NCBI GenBank assembly: GCA_945906935.1
Contig: CAMDSO010000005.1
Location: forward strand, 3,155 to 67,154
Direction of reading: 5' to 3'
Length of the DNA: 64,000 nt
Origin: Bordetella parapertussis
GTDB lineage: Bacteria > Pseudomonadota > Gammaproteobacteria > Burkholderiales > SG8-41
The position numbers were made by a program, and so were the translations under genes. The notes below the pieces were generated by a model. The model had not been told where the DNA came from and did not search any database. It was given only the letters and a program-made list of their open reading frames with translations. Of this stretch, positions 19,564 to 30,356 are shown piece by piece. Position 1 is the first letter of the stretch. Each line of letters begins with the position of its first letter.

Positions 19564-20005
19564 GCAGGCACTCAGTCTGCGCGCGCGGGCCCTCGGCCTG
19601 CTCGCGCAGCGCGAGTACTCCAAGCTCGAGCTCGCGCGGCGCCTGGTGCAATACACCGAAGACCCCGATGAAATTCCGCCGTTGATCGAAGATTTTGTCG
19701 AGCGCGGCTGGTTGTCGGAAAAGCGTGTGGTCGAGCAGGTGGTGGCGACCCGCCGCAAACGCTTCGGCAGTCAGAAAATCACCCAGGAATTGCGTGATAA
19801 AGGGCTCTCCGACGAGGCCATTGCCGGTGCGCGCGCGACGCTGAAGGAAGGCGATCTTGAGGCGGCACGCGAAGTCTGGCGCCGTAAATTTCCCGAGCCG
19901 CCGCTAAACGCCAATGACAAAGCGCGCCAGATGCGCTTTTTACAGGGGCGCGGCTTCAGTCTCGATACTATCCGCAAGGTGATCGCAGGCCTTGACGACG
20001 ACTGA
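19526..20005 (+). CDS. recX: RecA regulator RecX
   Basis: 159-aa helical-repeat ORF ([21 protein letters not shown]...). The GTG start overlaps the recA 3' end. The exact start is uncertain. Confidence 0.85.
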   Translation: MDPNQPTTQKKSKQALSLRARALGLLAQREYSKLELARRLVQYTEDPDEIPPLIEDFVERGWLSEKRVVEQVVATRRKRFGSQKITQELRDKGLSDEAIAGARATLKEGDLEAAREVWRRKFPEPPLNANDKARQMRFLQGRGFSLDTIRKVIAGLDDD

Positions 20006-20127
20006 ACGGGACTGCGACGGGGCGGTCTGACCTCAGCGTGCCAATGGCCGTGGGGTATTGATTTTTCACGCCATCCCCGGAAAGACCGGTTTAAAATCGC
20101 TCTTTCCTGAATTCCGGTCCCTCCCCC

Positions 20128-22731
20128 ATGAAAAGCAGCGAAATCCGCCAGCAGTTCCTCGACTATTACAAAAGCAAGGGTCACGCCATCGTCGCCTCCA
20201 GTCCGCTGGTGCCGGGCAACGATCCGACGCTGCTCTTCACCAACGCCGGCATGGTGCAGTTCAAGGACCTCTTTCTCGGTCATGAGCAGCGCGATTACAA
20301 GCGCGCCACCACTTCGCAGCGCTGCGTGCGCGCGGGCGGCAAGCATAATGATCTTGAGAACGTCGGTTACACCGCGCGCCATCACACCTTCTTTGAAATG
20401 CTGGGTAATTTCAGTTTCGGCGATTATTTCAAGAACGATGCCATTCATTTCGCGTGGGAACTCCTGACCGGCGTCTACAAGCTGCCGCAGGAAAAACTCT
20501 GGGTTACTGTCTACGAGACGGACGACGACGCGTATAACATCTGGGCGAATGAAATTCGCGTGCCGCGCGAGCGTATCACGCGCATCGGCGACAAGCCGGG
20601 CGGTGGTTCGGACAACTTCTGGCAGATGGGCGAAACCGGTCCCTGCGGCCCTTGCACAGAAATCTTTTTTGACCACGGTCCGGAAATCCCCGGTGGCCCG
20701 CCCGGCACGCCGGAAGCCGACGGCGACCGCTACATCGAAATCTGGAACCTCGTCTTCATGCAGTTCAACCGCGATGACGCGGGCACCCTGCATCCGTTGC
20801 CTAAACCGTCAGTCGATACCGGCATGGGCCTCGAGCGTATTGCCGCCGTGCTACAGGGCGTGCACTCGAATTACGAGATCGATCTGTTTCAGGATTTGAT
20901 CAAGGCCGCCGCGCGCGAAACCGGCTGCAGCGATTTGCACAACAATTCGTTGAAGGTGATCGCCGATCACATCCGCGCCTGTTCGTTCCTGCTTGTCGAT
21001 GGTGTGATCCCCGGCAACGAAGGCCGCGGTTACGTGCTGCGTCGTATCGTGCGTCGCGCCATCCGCCACGGTTACAAACTCGGTCAGAAGAAATCCTTCT
21101 TCCACAAAATCGTGCCGGATCTGGTCAAGGCGATGGGGGTGGCTTATCCGGAACTCGTTGCTACTGCCGACCGCGTCGGCCAGGTCTTGAAGCAGGAAGA
21201 AGAGCGTTTTGCCGAAACGCTGGAGAACGGCATGGCGGTGCTCGAAGGCGCGCTGCAGTCGGAAGACAAGATGCTCGATGGCGACACCGTGTTCCGCCTC
21301 TACGACACCTTCGGCTTTCCGCTCGATCTCACGGCCGATATCGCGCGCGAGCGCAACATCACCGTTGATTTCGCCGGCTTTGAGGCGGCGATGGGGCAGC
21401 AACGCGAACGCGCGCGCGCTGCCTCCAAGTTCGGCGGCCAGACGTCAGTCGAATATCGTGGCGGTAAAACCGAGTTTCACGGCTACGAAACGCTGGTGCA
21501 CGACGGCAATATTGTCGCCATTTACAAGAACGGCACTGCGGTTGAAGCGATCGAAACCGGCGACACGGCGATCATCGTCCTCGACAAGACGCCGTTCTAC
21601 GCCGAATCGGGCGGCCAGGTTGGTGACCGTGGGCAACTCGTCGCCACGCACGGCACCTTCCACGTCAGCGATACGCAGAAAATCCAGTCGGAAGTGTTCG
21701 GGCATCATGGCGTGCTGCATACCGGGCGACTGGCCGTTGGCGATGCGTTGAAGGGGCAGGTCGATACCAACGCGCGGGCGCGCACCATGCGCAACCACTC
21801 GGCCACCCACCTGATGCACAAGGCGCTGCGCGAAGTGCTCGGCGGCCATGTGGCGCAGAAGGGCTCGCTGGTTGATGCGGAGAAAACGCGTTTTGATTTC
21901 TCGCACAATGCATCATTGAGTGCCGACGAAATCCGCCGCGTTGAAACCATCGTCAACGCGGAAATTCTGACCAATGCGGCAACCAGTGCGCGCGTCATGA
22001 AGTTCGACGAAGCCGCCAAAGTCGGCGCGATGGCGCTGTTCGGTGAGAAATATGGCGATGAAGTGCGTGTGCTTGATATTGGCTCGTCGCGCGAACTGTG
22101 CGGCGGCACCCACGTTGCGCGTAGCGGCGATATCGGTCTCTTCAAGATCATTTCCGAAGGTGGTGTTGCCGCCGGGATACGCCGCGTTGAGGCGGTGACC
22201 GGTGAAGGCGCGCTGGCACTGGTGCAGCGTCAGGAAGAATTCCTGCAGCAGGCTGCGGCCGCGCTGAAAGCCCCGGTTGCTGAAGTGACGCAGAAGATCG
22301 GTCAGATCGTCGAGAACGTGAAGAATCTTGAAAAGGAACTCGCGCGTCTCAAATCCAAGCTCGCTTCAAGCCAGGGTGATGATCTTGCTGTTCAGGCCAT
22401 CGAGATCAAGGGCGCGAAGGTGCTCGCCGCGCTGATGGAAGGTGCGGATTCCAAGGCGCTGCGCGAAGCGATGGACAAGTTGAAAGACAAGTTCAAGTCC
22501 TGCGTGCTGCTGCTGGCGGCGACCGACGGCGGCAAGGTCTCGTTGATTGCCGGCGTTAGTGCAGATCTGACTTCTAAAGTGAAAGCCGGTGAACTCGTTA
22601 ACTTCGTCGCCCAACAGGTGGGTGGCAAGGGCGGTGGACGGCCGGACATGGCGCAGGCGGGCGGCACGGATGCCTCCAAGTTGCCAGAAGCGCTGGCATC
22701 GGTCAAAGGCTGGGTCGAACAGAAGCTCTAA
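20128..22731 (+). CDS. alaS: Alanine--tRNA ligase
   Basis: 867 aa with [10 protein letters not shown] and [10 protein letters not shown], the editing-domain HxxxH/CxxxH patterns ([14 protein letters not shown]) and a C-terminal DHHA1-like part. Confidence 0.98.
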   Translation: MKSSEIRQQFLDYYKSKGHAIVASSPLVPGNDPTLLFTNAGMVQFKDLFLGHEQRDYKRATTSQRCVRAGGKHNDLENVGYTARHHTFFEMLGNFSFGDYFKNDAIHFAWELLTGVYKLPQEKLWVTVYETDDDAYNIWANEIRVPRERITRIGDKPGGGSDNFWQMGETGPCGPCTEIFFDHGPEIPGGPPGTPEADGDRYIEIWNLVFMQFNRDDAGTLHPLPKPSVDTGMGLERIAAVLQGVHSNYEIDLFQDLIKAAARETGCSDLHNNSLKVIADHIRACSFLLVDGVIPGNEGRGYVLRRIVRRAIRHGYKLGQKKSFFHKIVPDLVKAMGVAYPELVATADRVGQVLKQEEERFAETLENGMAVLEGALQSEDKMLDGDTVFRLYDTFGFPLDLTADIARERNITVDFAGFEAAMGQQRERARAASKFGGQTSVEYRGGKTEFHGYETLVHDGNIVAIYKNGTAVEAIETGDTAIIVLDKTPFYAESGGQVGDRGQLVATHGTFHVSDTQKIQSEVFGHHGVLHTGRLAVGDALKGQVDTNARARTMRNHSATHLMHKALREVLGGHVAQKGSLVDAEKTRFDFSHNASLSADEIRRVETIVNAEILTNAATSARVMKFDEAAKVGAMALFGEKYGDEVRVLDIGSSRELCGGTHVARSGDIGLFKIISEGGVAAGIRRVEAVTGEGALALVQRQEEFLQQAAAALKAPVAEVTQKIGQIVENVKNLEKELARLKSKLASSQGDDLAVQAIEIKGAKVLAALMEGADSKALREAMDKLKDKFKSCVLLLAATDGGKVSLIAGVSADLTSKVKAGELVNFVAQQVGGKGGGRPDMAQAGGTDASKLPEALASVKGWVEQKL

Positions 22732-22761
22732 CGATTTGTTACTTGTTTCGAAAACGATCGC

Positions 22762-22788
22762 GGCTGCCTTGTGCGGCCGTTTTTTTTT
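22762..22788 (+). terminator. Rho-independent terminator of alaS
   Basis: GGCTGC-cttgt-GCGGCC stem-loop (with one G.U pair) followed by G and T9. Confidence 0.75.
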
Positions 22789-22848
22789 CAGTGGTTGTCT
22801 GATCGTGCGCACCGAAGTGCGATGAACGTGTGGTCGTTCTGTTGCGGC

Positions 22849-23172
22849 CTATCGGTAGTGGATCGCCAGCCAGATCGACGGTTGCGCGGGGTCGGTCCAG
22901 TTGATGCGGTGGCGGCGGTGTGCGGTGATGTTGATCCAGTCGCCGGGTCGCATTTTACGCGGCGCGGTTTCATCTTCGAATTGAAGCTCGGCGGCACCGG
23001 ATAGCAATACCACCCACTCCGCCGTCTCCTGGTCGTACCAAAACCCCGGTGGGCTTGCCTGTCCGGTGGATACGATGCGCTCGACCGCAAACCCCGAACG
23101 GCATAGCAGCTCTTTGACGTGTTCCTGCGACTGTGCGGCGTTACCGGGATCGGTAAACAGGTTTCCGCTCAT
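22849..23172 (-). CDS. Small single-domain cupin protein
   Basis: 107 aa with a beta-barrel-type pattern (GFWYDQETAEWVVLLSGAAELQFED...PGDWINI.AH.RH). There is no classic HxH metal motif. Confidence 0.65.
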   Translation of the reverse strand: MSGNLFTDPGNAAQSQEHVKELLCRSGFAVERIVSTGQASPPGFWYDQETAEWVVLLSGAAELQFEDETAPRKMRPGDWINITAHRRHRINWTDPAQPSIWLAIHYR

Positions 23173-23217
23173 AGCCGGTTTTTCAATTCGGAATTGTTTT
23201 GAATGGTAGGTCAGTTG

Positions 23218-24198
23218 CTATTCCGGTTTCAAACCGAGTGCCGATAGCACTTTTGCCGTCTTCGGGCCGTCGATACGCACAGTATTGCGCATGCTCTCCG
23301 GGGTGGAGAGCAACGGCATGATGCCCAGATCGTTGTAGCGTTCCTTTAACTCGGGCAGGTTAACGATGCGGTGGATCTCGCTGTTCAGCTTTGCGACGAT
23401 AGCGGTGGGCAGGCTTTTGGGGGCGATCACGCCCCACCACTGTGTGGGTAATTCATCGCGGACGCCGGATTCGCTCATGGTCGACACGCCGGGTAGCGCC
23501 GGCGAGCGTTCGGCGGTGGTGACGGCCAGTGCACGCAGGCGGTTGCCACGGATTTGCGGCACGGCGGGCACCATGTCGGAGAAGGCCATTTCGATCTGGC
23601 CGCCGACCACATCGGCGACGGCGAGTACGGCGCCTTTGTACGGCACGTGGACGATGTCGAGCTTCTCGATCGATTTGAATACTTCAGCAACGATGTTGAC
23701 GGTGCTGCCGAGGCCGGCTGAACCGTAACTCAATTTATTCGGCTGTTTGCGCGCGAGCGCGATCAGTTCCTTGACGTTGCGCGCCGGCACCGCCGGATGC
23801 ACTACCAGCACGTGGCCGGAGTAGGCGATCAAGGTGATATGAGTAAAGTCGTTGAGCGGATCGAACGGCAGTTTCTTATACAGATATTGGTTGTTGACCA
23901 TCTGCGACTTGGTGGTCAGCAGCAGGGTGTAGCCGTCGGCGGGCGCCTTGGCAACGATCTCATGGCCGATGTTGCCGGCAGCGCCCGGACGGTTTTCAAC
24001 GATGACCTGTTTACCCAGCGACTCGCTGAGCTTCTGTGCCAGAACGCGCGCCATCACGTCGCTCGAACCGCCGGGTGGGTAGGGCGCCACGAAGCGCACC
24101 GGTTTGACCGGATAGGCGTCTTGCGCCTGCGCCACCAGTGTGAAGAACAGGGCGGCGCAAAGCATGACGGCGGTTGTTGCTGCGGTGATCATCTTCAT
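23218..24198 (-). CDS. Bug family (TctC-like) tripartite tricarboxylate transporter substrate-binding protein
   Basis: 326 aa with a signal peptide, then YPVKPVRFVAPYPPGGSSDV and the Bug C-terminal pattern. No tctA/tctB genes are nearby. Confidence 0.9.
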   Translation of the reverse strand: MKMITAATTAVMLCAALFFTLVAQAQDAYPVKPVRFVAPYPPGGSSDVMARVLAQKLSESLGKQVIVENRPGAAGNIGHEIVAKAPADGYTLLLTTKSQMVNNQYLYKKLPFDPLNDFTHITLIAYSGHVLVVHPAVPARNVKELIALARKQPNKLSYGSAGLGSTVNIVAEVFKSIEKLDIVHVPYKGAVLAVADVVGGQIEMAFSDMVPAVPQIRGNRLRALAVTTAERSPALPGVSTMSESGVRDELPTQWWGVIAPKSLPTAIVAKLNSEIHRIVNLPELKERYNDLGIMPLLSTPESMRNTVRIDGPKTAKVLSALGLKPE

Positions 24199-24400
24199 GA
24201 CGGTGCCTCCTGTGAACAGTTCATTATGCCCAGTTCGTCGGTGTTGTAAAAACGAGAGTGGGTCCGGGCGAGGTGTGGCCGTAGACTAGCGCAAAAATAT
24301 CGGTTGAGTTGTGCCAGCACAAAGTACGGCGCTGCTGCGAGAACAAACCGATCAAGCGCCATTACCCGTACAACAGGCTGATCTTAAGGAGGATCCCCCC

Positions 24401-25999
24401 ATGACACGCCTGTTATTGACCTCGTTACTGTGCTGTTTGCTTGTTGCCTCTGCGAGCGCGCCACCGGCCGCGCCTGACCACGTCGGCCGTGCAGTGGTGG
24501 CGATGGGCGGTGCCGGGGCGTTGGCGACGATCAAATCGCTGCAGCTCAAAGCCATCATGCGGCAGTGGGAGCCCGAGCAGTCCTACGTTGCCGGCGCTGA
24601 AATCAAATTTGCCGCCGAATCGCGCTTCGTACTACTGGTGGATGTTGTTGCTGATGCGGCGCGCATCGGCTGGGTGCGTAATCTGGTGTAGCCGACGACG
24701 CGCAGTTTCCGCTTTAGCGAGATTGTCACGCCACAGGCTGGTTATCTTGCCGGCATCGACAGCAGCACGCGGGTCAAACAAAACCTCGCCGCCAATCCGC
24801 CGGGCCATGCGATGTCGGGCCTGCGCCTGGTGGCGACGCAGCGCGAACTAAAACCTGCCTCGCCGTTGTTGCTTCTCGAAATGCATAACAATCCGCAACG
24901 CGTGACGCCGCATACGGACGTGGTGATCAACGAAGTGCGTTATCCGGCGGTCGATGTGCGGATCGGCGAGCGGTTGTTCACGGTGTTGTTTGATGCCGTC
25001 ACCGGTCTGCCGTCGCGGGTGCGCACGCTTGATTACGACAACGTTAACGGTGATTCAAGCTATGACCTCGTGTTCGCAGACTGGCGCCCCTATGGCGCGG
25101 TCCGCCTGCCGGCCGCGCGCCAGTATCAATTCAATGGCAAAACCATTGGCGATATACGTGTCACGGCGCTCACGATTAACACCCCCGTCGATGCGACTCG
25201 TTTTGCAATCCCCCCTGCCGTGCTGGCCACCGCCGCCACACCGGCCACTGGCAGGCTGCATTATCAGTGGGCGTTGCGCCGCCAGATCATCGGTACGCTG
25301 ATTGATTCGGATAACAGTGCCTATGACGAGCAATCGGTGGCCGCTCTCAAATTCACCGGGCTCGCCCCCGGTGTGCAGCATCAGGCCGCCGGCTCGGCGC
25401 ACGGCCTGATTGTTGAGATGCGCGATCACTTGATCGTCTTCGATGCGCCAACCACCGCCTGGCAGTCGAGCTGGACGATCAAGGCGGCGCAGGAAAAATA
25501 TCCGGGTAAGCCGATCCGCTATCTGTTGCTGACGCATCACCATATGGACCACGCCGGGGGCTTGCGCGCTTATGCGGCAGCTGCTGCGAGGCTGGTGGTT
25601 GGTGAGGGCAACGACGCGCACTTCCGCAAACTGCTGGTGGCGCCGGCTACGCTCAACCCCGATTTACCCGCCACGGATTTGTCGCGCACGCCACTGATGG
25701 AAGTCGACGGCGAACGGATTTTCAGCGATGGCCGGCACGCGGTGTGGGCGATCGTTGCTGCAACCAACACGCATGCGAAGGGCATGATGATCGGTTATGT
25801 CAGTGATGCGCGCATCGGCTGGGTGACTGATCTGTGGGCACCGGGCCGCGATGTCATCAAGGACTCACTCAATGCCAAGCAGCTTGCGGTGGTCAACACG
25901 GTGCGGAAGGCCGGCATTGCGCCGCTGCGCTTTGCCGGCGGGCATGGCGGGGTGGCGTCGTATCCGGAACTGGCGGCGGAGGTGCGCGCAGCGCAGTAG
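24401..25999 (+). pseudogene. Secreted MBL-fold metallo-hydrolase interrupted by one in-frame TAG (24689-24691)
   Basis: ATG 24401 follows AAGGAGG and opens with the signal peptide MTRLLLTSLLCCLLVASASA. Track ORFs 24311-24691 and 24812-25999 are in the same frame (offset 501 nt), and the 120 nt between them are open apart from the TAG. The downstream part carries LLLTHHHMDHAGG. Confidence 0.7.
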
Positions 26000-26036
26000 C
26001 GCGCATCTCCGCAAGCGGGTTGTCAGTGATAGCCGC

Positions 26037-27413
26037 CTAGTAAGGCAGCTTGGCATCCGGTTTCGCTGCCAGAATCACGCGGCGAAAATCTTCCTGTATG
26101 CGTTTCAAGGCGGCTGCGTTGTCCGCTTCGAAACGCAGCACGATCACCGGCGTGGTATTCGATGAGCGCGCCAGTCCGAAGCCGTCGGCGTATTCCACGC
26201 GCAGGCCGTCGATGGTGTTCACTTCCTGCGCGCCTTCGAAACGCGCAGTCTTTTGCATGCCGGCGATCAGTACGTAGTTCTCGCCTTCGTTGAGTTTGAT
26301 CTGCAGCTCGGGCGTGCTGATGGCGTCGGGCAGCGCGTGTAACGCCGCGCTTGGGTCGCTGCTGCGGCTCAGGATTTCAAGCAGGCGCGCAGCGGCATAC
26401 ATGCCGTCGTCGAAACCATACCAGCGTTCCTTGAAGAACACGTGGCCGCTCATTTCGCCGGCCAGCGCAGCACCGGTTTCTTTCAGCTTCGCTTTGATGA
26501 AGGAGTGGCCGGTTTTCCATAGCAGCGGTTTGCCGCCGTGTTGTTCGATCCAGGGCTTGAGGTTGCGCGTTGATTTGACGTCGTAAATGATGGTCGCACC
26601 GGCGTTGCGCTCGAGCACGTCGGCGGCAAACATCATCAACTGGCGGTCGGGGAAAATAATGTCGCCGCGGCGCGTTACCACGCCCAGGCGGTCGCCGTCG
26701 CCGTCAAAGGCGAGCCCAACCTCGGCGTCGCCTTTTTGCAGCGCAGTGATCAGGTCTTTGAGATTTTCCGGTACCGACGGATCGGGATGGTGGTTGGGGA
26801 AATTACCGTCCACTTCGCAGAACAGTTCTTCGACCGTGCAACCCAGACGACGGAATAGTTCGGGGGCGGTAGCGCCAGCCACGCCGTTGCCGCAATCGAC
26901 GGCAATTTTCAGCGGGCGGGCGAGCTTGATGCCGCCGACGATGCGTTCGAGATATTGCGCGGCGATACTCTCTTCGCGATAGCTGCCCGAACCGCTGGCG
27001 AGTTTGCCGGCTTCAGCGCGCGTACGCAGGGCGGTGATCGCCTCGCCCGACAACGAGACGCCGTCGAGCACGATCTTGATGCCGTTGTATTGCGGCGGGT
27101 TGTGCGAACCAGTGAGCATCGCGCCGGACTGGGTGTCGAAGTGGTGGGCGGCGAAATACAGCATGGGCGTGGCGACGCGGCCGACGTCGATGACGTTGAC
27201 GCCCGCAGCACGCAGACCCTTGGCCAGCGCGGCCGAGAGTTCGGGGCCCGACAAACGGCCGTCGCGGCCGATGCAGATGGTGTCGCGGCCGCGTTCAAGC
27301 AACTCGGAGCCGATCGAGCGGCCGATGACTTCGACAATTGGCGCGGTCAGGGTTTTGCCGACGATGCCGCGGATGTCATAGGCTTTGAAAATTTCATGCG
27401 GGAGTGTGGTCAT
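26037..27413 (-). CDS. Phosphomannomutase/phosphoglucomutase (alpha-D-phosphohexomutase family)
   Basis: Motifs FKAYDIRG, active-site loop TGSHNPPQYNG, metal loop FDGDGDRLG, and GEMSGH. Start is either ATG 27413 or GTG 27446. Confidence 0.9.
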   Translation of the reverse strand: MTTLPHEIFKAYDIRGIVGKTLTAPIVEVIGRSIGSELLERGRDTICIGRDGRLSGPELSAALAKGLRAAGVNVIDVGRVATPMLYFAAHHFDTQSGAMLTGSHNPPQYNGIKIVLDGVSLSGEAITALRTRAEAGKLASGSGSYREESIAAQYLERIVGGIKLARPLKIAVDCGNGVAGATAPELFRRLGCTVEELFCEVDGNFPNHHPDPSVPENLKDLITALQKGDAEVGLAFDGDGDRLGVVTRRGDIIFPDRQLMMFAADVLERNAGATIIYDVKSTRNLKPWIEQHGGKPLLWKTGHSFIKAKLKETGAALAGEMSGHVFFKERWYGFDDGMYAAARLLEILSRSSDPSAALHALPDAISTPELQIKLNEGENYVLIAGMQKTARFEGAQEVNTIDGLRVEYADGFGLARSSNTTPVIVLRFEADNAAALKRIQEDFRRVILAAKPDAKLPY

Positions 27414-27471
27414 GATGAAAGGCGATCCATGAAGAGGGTTGGTCACTGCGTGCTGGAATTATCGCATCGGA

Positions 27472-28533
27472 TTATGCGGCGTCGGCGAAAAAGCGCAGCA
27501 GCCGGTGCGGCAACCAGCGCGGATGGCCGGGGAAACGGCCACTGACAAAACCGACGTGGCCGCCGTCCGCAGGCGTTTCGAGTTGCACGAAGGGCGACAC
27601 TTCGTGTGCGGCGGGCAGCACTGCCACCGGCAGGAAGGGATCGTTGCGTGCATTGATCAGCAGCGTCGGCACGGCGATGCGCGTCAGCCATGGTTTGCTG
27701 CTCGCGCGTAGCCAGTAGTCGTCGCTGTCGCGGTAGCCGTGCAGCGGCGCGGTGATCAGGTCATCAAAGGCGCGCAGGGTTTGCGCGTTGAGCAAGGCCT
27801 CACGGTCGTATAGTCCCGGAAACTGCTCGAGTTTACGCAGCGCCTTGTGCTTCATGGTGCGCAAAAAGTTACGCGTATAGAGCAGATTGAAGCCGGCGTC
27901 GAGCGCGTTGCCGGCGGCGGTCAGATCGACCGGCGCTGACACCGCAGCGGCAGCTGTGATGATGCCGGCGGCAGCAAGGTTTTGTTCACCCAGCCATTTC
28001 AGCAGGGCGTTGCCACCGAGCGAGACGCCGCAGGCATACAGCGGCGCGTTGCCGTGGGCCTGGCGCAGGCGGCGCAGGATCCAGTCGATTTCGGGGCTGT
28101 CGCCCGAGTGGTAGGCGCGCGGCAGGCGGTTGAGTTCGCCGCCGCAGCCGCGAAAGTGCACCACCACGCCGCGCATGCCGGCGTCGCGTGCGGCGGCCAT
28201 CAGGGCGCGGGCGTAAGGACTCGACGAGTTGCCTTCGAGACCGTGAAACAGCACGAGCAGCGGTTGGGTTTGAGTTTGGTTTGGCGGCGGGTCGGCGGCG
28301 ACGGATGTGGTCTGCGCTGAGGCGATCCAATCGAGTTCGATGAAGTCGCCGTCGGGGGTATCCCAGCGCTGGCGCTGAAAATCAACGGTCGGACAGGGCG
28401 TGGCGAGCGCGGCGTAGATGGTTTGCAGATGGCCGCCGGGGAGCCAGCGTGGGGCGCGGTAGTCGTGTGACAGATTTGTCTTCACCTTGCCACGTCGCGC
28501 CGCAGATCCTTCGCTTGCATTGCCGGTTTCCAC
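27472..28533 (-). CDS. Alpha/beta hydrolase (YheT-like)
   Basis: 353 aa with the N-terminal WLPGGHLQTIY, then LFHGLEG and the nucleophile elbow GVSLGGN. Confidence 0.75.
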   Translation of the reverse strand: METGNASEGSAARRGKVKTNLSHDYRAPRWLPGGHLQTIYAALATPCPTVDFQRQRWDTPDGDFIELDWIASAQTTSVAADPPPNQTQTQPLLVLFHGLEGNSSSPYARALMAAARDAGMRGVVVHFRGCGGELNRLPRAYHSGDSPEIDWILRRLRQAHGNAPLYACGVSLGGNALLKWLGEQNLAAAGIITAAAAVSAPVDLTAAGNALDAGFNLLYTRNFLRTMKHKALRKLEQFPGLYDREALLNAQTLRAFDDLITAPLHGYRDSDDYWLRASSKPWLTRIAVPTLLINARNDPFLPVAVLPAAHEVSPFVQLETPADGGHVGFVSGRFPGHPRWLPHRLLRFFADAA

Positions 28534-28603
28534 AGATCAAGAGGCGGTCGCGATTGCCGCGACCCTGCGGCGGCGGCAATCACGGACAATCGGCGGATGG
28601 GGT

Positions 28604-29503
28604 TTATTTGAAACCGTAGAGCTGTGCCGGGTTATCGACCAGCACGCGTTGCAGTGTGGCGGCATCGCCACACCAGTCGCCGACCAGATCGAGCAAATCG
28701 CCGTCGTTGGGCATCAGGCCGTCCCAGATCGGATGCGGCCAGTTGCTGCCCCACAGCATGCGGTCGGGACGCGCGGCGAGCAATGCCTGCGCGATCGGTT
28801 GCATGTCGGCATAGGCCGGCGCACCGCTGTCGGACAGACGATAAAAACTCGACAACTTGACCCAGCAGTCGTTGCGTTGTTTGAGGATACGCAGCAGCGC
28901 CTGGAAACCCGGCGCTTGCACGCCCTCGCCACCGCGCACCCGTCCGAGGTGGTCGAAGACGATCGGCGTTGGATGGTCGAGCAGTTGTTGTTCGAGCGTG
29001 GCGATTTCACCGACCTTGTCGACGTGCAGTTGCACATGCCAGGCAAAGGGTTTGATAGTTTTGGCGATGACACCGAGAAATTCTGGTCCGCCGTAGCCCT
29101 TCACCATGGTCGACAGGCGCACACCGCGCATGCCGCCGTCGTGCAGCTTGCGTATCGTGCGCTCGTCCGCATCCGGGGCGACACCCGCCACCCCAAGGGC
29201 ACGTTTCTGGCCGAGCTTGGCGATCAGGTCCAGCGTCACCGTGTTGTCAAAACCGTAGGTGCTGGCGTTGACCTGCACCATGCGTTCGATGCCCAGCGTT
29301 TCGCTCATGCGCAGATAGTCGTTGAAGGTGCACAGCGTCGGCGTGTAGCTGCGCAGCGGTGTCAACGGATACTGCGTCTGGTCTTCAAAGACGTGGCAAT
29401 GGCAATCGATGGCGCCTGCCGGTACGGCGTAACGCGGCTTGCGTGGTTGTGGATCGGGGCCCTGGCAAAGCGGCGGATTTTTTGATATTGGTGCGTTGGA
29501 CAT
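28604..29503 (-). CDS. Amidohydrolase-2 family protein (LigI/2-pyrone-4,6-dicarboxylate-hydrolase-like)
   Basis: 299 aa with AIDCHCHVF near the N-terminus and a C-terminal LWGSNWPHP pattern typical of this TIM-barrel hydrolase family. Confidence 0.75.
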   Translation of the reverse strand: MSNAPISKNPPLCQGPDPQPRKPRYAVPAGAIDCHCHVFEDQTQYPLTPLRSYTPTLCTFNDYLRMSETLGIERMVQVNASTYGFDNTVTLDLIAKLGQKRALGVAGVAPDADERTIRKLHDGGMRGVRLSTMVKGYGGPEFLGVIAKTIKPFAWHVQLHVDKVGEIATLEQQLLDHPTPIVFDHLGRVRGGEGVQAPGFQALLRILKQRNDCWVKLSSFYRLSDSGAPAYADMQPIAQALLAARPDRMLWGSNWPHPIWDGLMPNDGDLLDLVGDWCGDAATLQRVLVDNPAQLYGFK

Positions 29504-29537
29504 TGTTATTGCACAGGCGTTATGGCGCCCTGCACTC

Positions 29538-30350
29538 TCAGTGACGGAAGGATGGATCGATACGGTCTAGTTTGCGCAGCAGTGCGGGCCATTCCATCAG
29601 GCCCCAGCGGCGGCGCGTGGTTGGCTGATAGCTGTGTTGGGTGAGGCGCACGACTTCGTTGGGTGGCAGGCGGATTTCGGCGTTGCACGACAGCGCCATC
29701 ACCTGCAACTGGCAGGCGCGTTCGAGGCGGAACATGCTGTTGAAGCATTCGGGGATCGAGGTGCCGACGGTCAGTAGACCGTGGTTGCGCAACACCATGG
29801 CTTCGCGGTCGCCAAGATCGGCAACCAGGCGCGCGCGCTCATCGAGGTTGAGCGCCGGGCCTTCGTAATCGTGATAGGCGATTTCGGCAAAACGCATCGA
29901 GCTTTGCGCGATCGGCATGATGCCCTTGTCCATCGCTGACACCGCCATGCCGGCCAGCGTGTGCGTGTGGATTACGCAATCGACATCGGGAAGCGCGCCG
30001 TGCACCGCGCTGTGGATCACATAACCGGCGCGGTTGACGTCGTAATCCGAGGCGTTGAATAGCACATTGCCGTCGATATCAACCTTGATCATCGATGATG
30101 CGGTCATCTCCTCGTAGAGCATGCCGTAGGGGTTGATGAGGAACTCGCCATGCCTGCCGGGTACGCGCGCCGAGATGTGGTTGGCTACCATCTCGGTCAT
30201 ACCGTATTCCGCCATCAACCGGTAGCAGGCGGCGAGGTTGACGCGCGCTTCCCATTCTTCGCCGCCGACCTGTGCGCGCACACTGCGCGGCTTTTTAGCC
30301 GGTGCGCTGACCTTCTTGTCCGCCGGCTTGCGAGTGCGTGCGACCGCCAT
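29538..30350 (-). CDS. Class II aldolase/adducin family protein
   Basis: 270 aa with the His cluster VIHSAVH...CVIHTHT. It has a basic N-terminal extension. Confidence 0.8.
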   Translation of the reverse strand: MAVARTRKPADKKVSAPAKKPRSVRAQVGGEEWEARVNLAACYRLMAEYGMTEMVANHISARVPGRHGEFLINPYGMLYEEMTASSMIKVDIDGNVLFNASDYDVNRAGYVIHSAVHGALPDVDCVIHTHTLAGMAVSAMDKGIMPIAQSSMRFAEIAYHDYEGPALNLDERARLVADLGDREAMVLRNHGLLTVGTSIPECFNSMFRLERACQLQVMALSCNAEIRLPPNEVVRLTQHSYQPTTRRRWGLMEWPALLRKLDRIDPSFRH

Positions 30351-30356
30351 GCCTGG

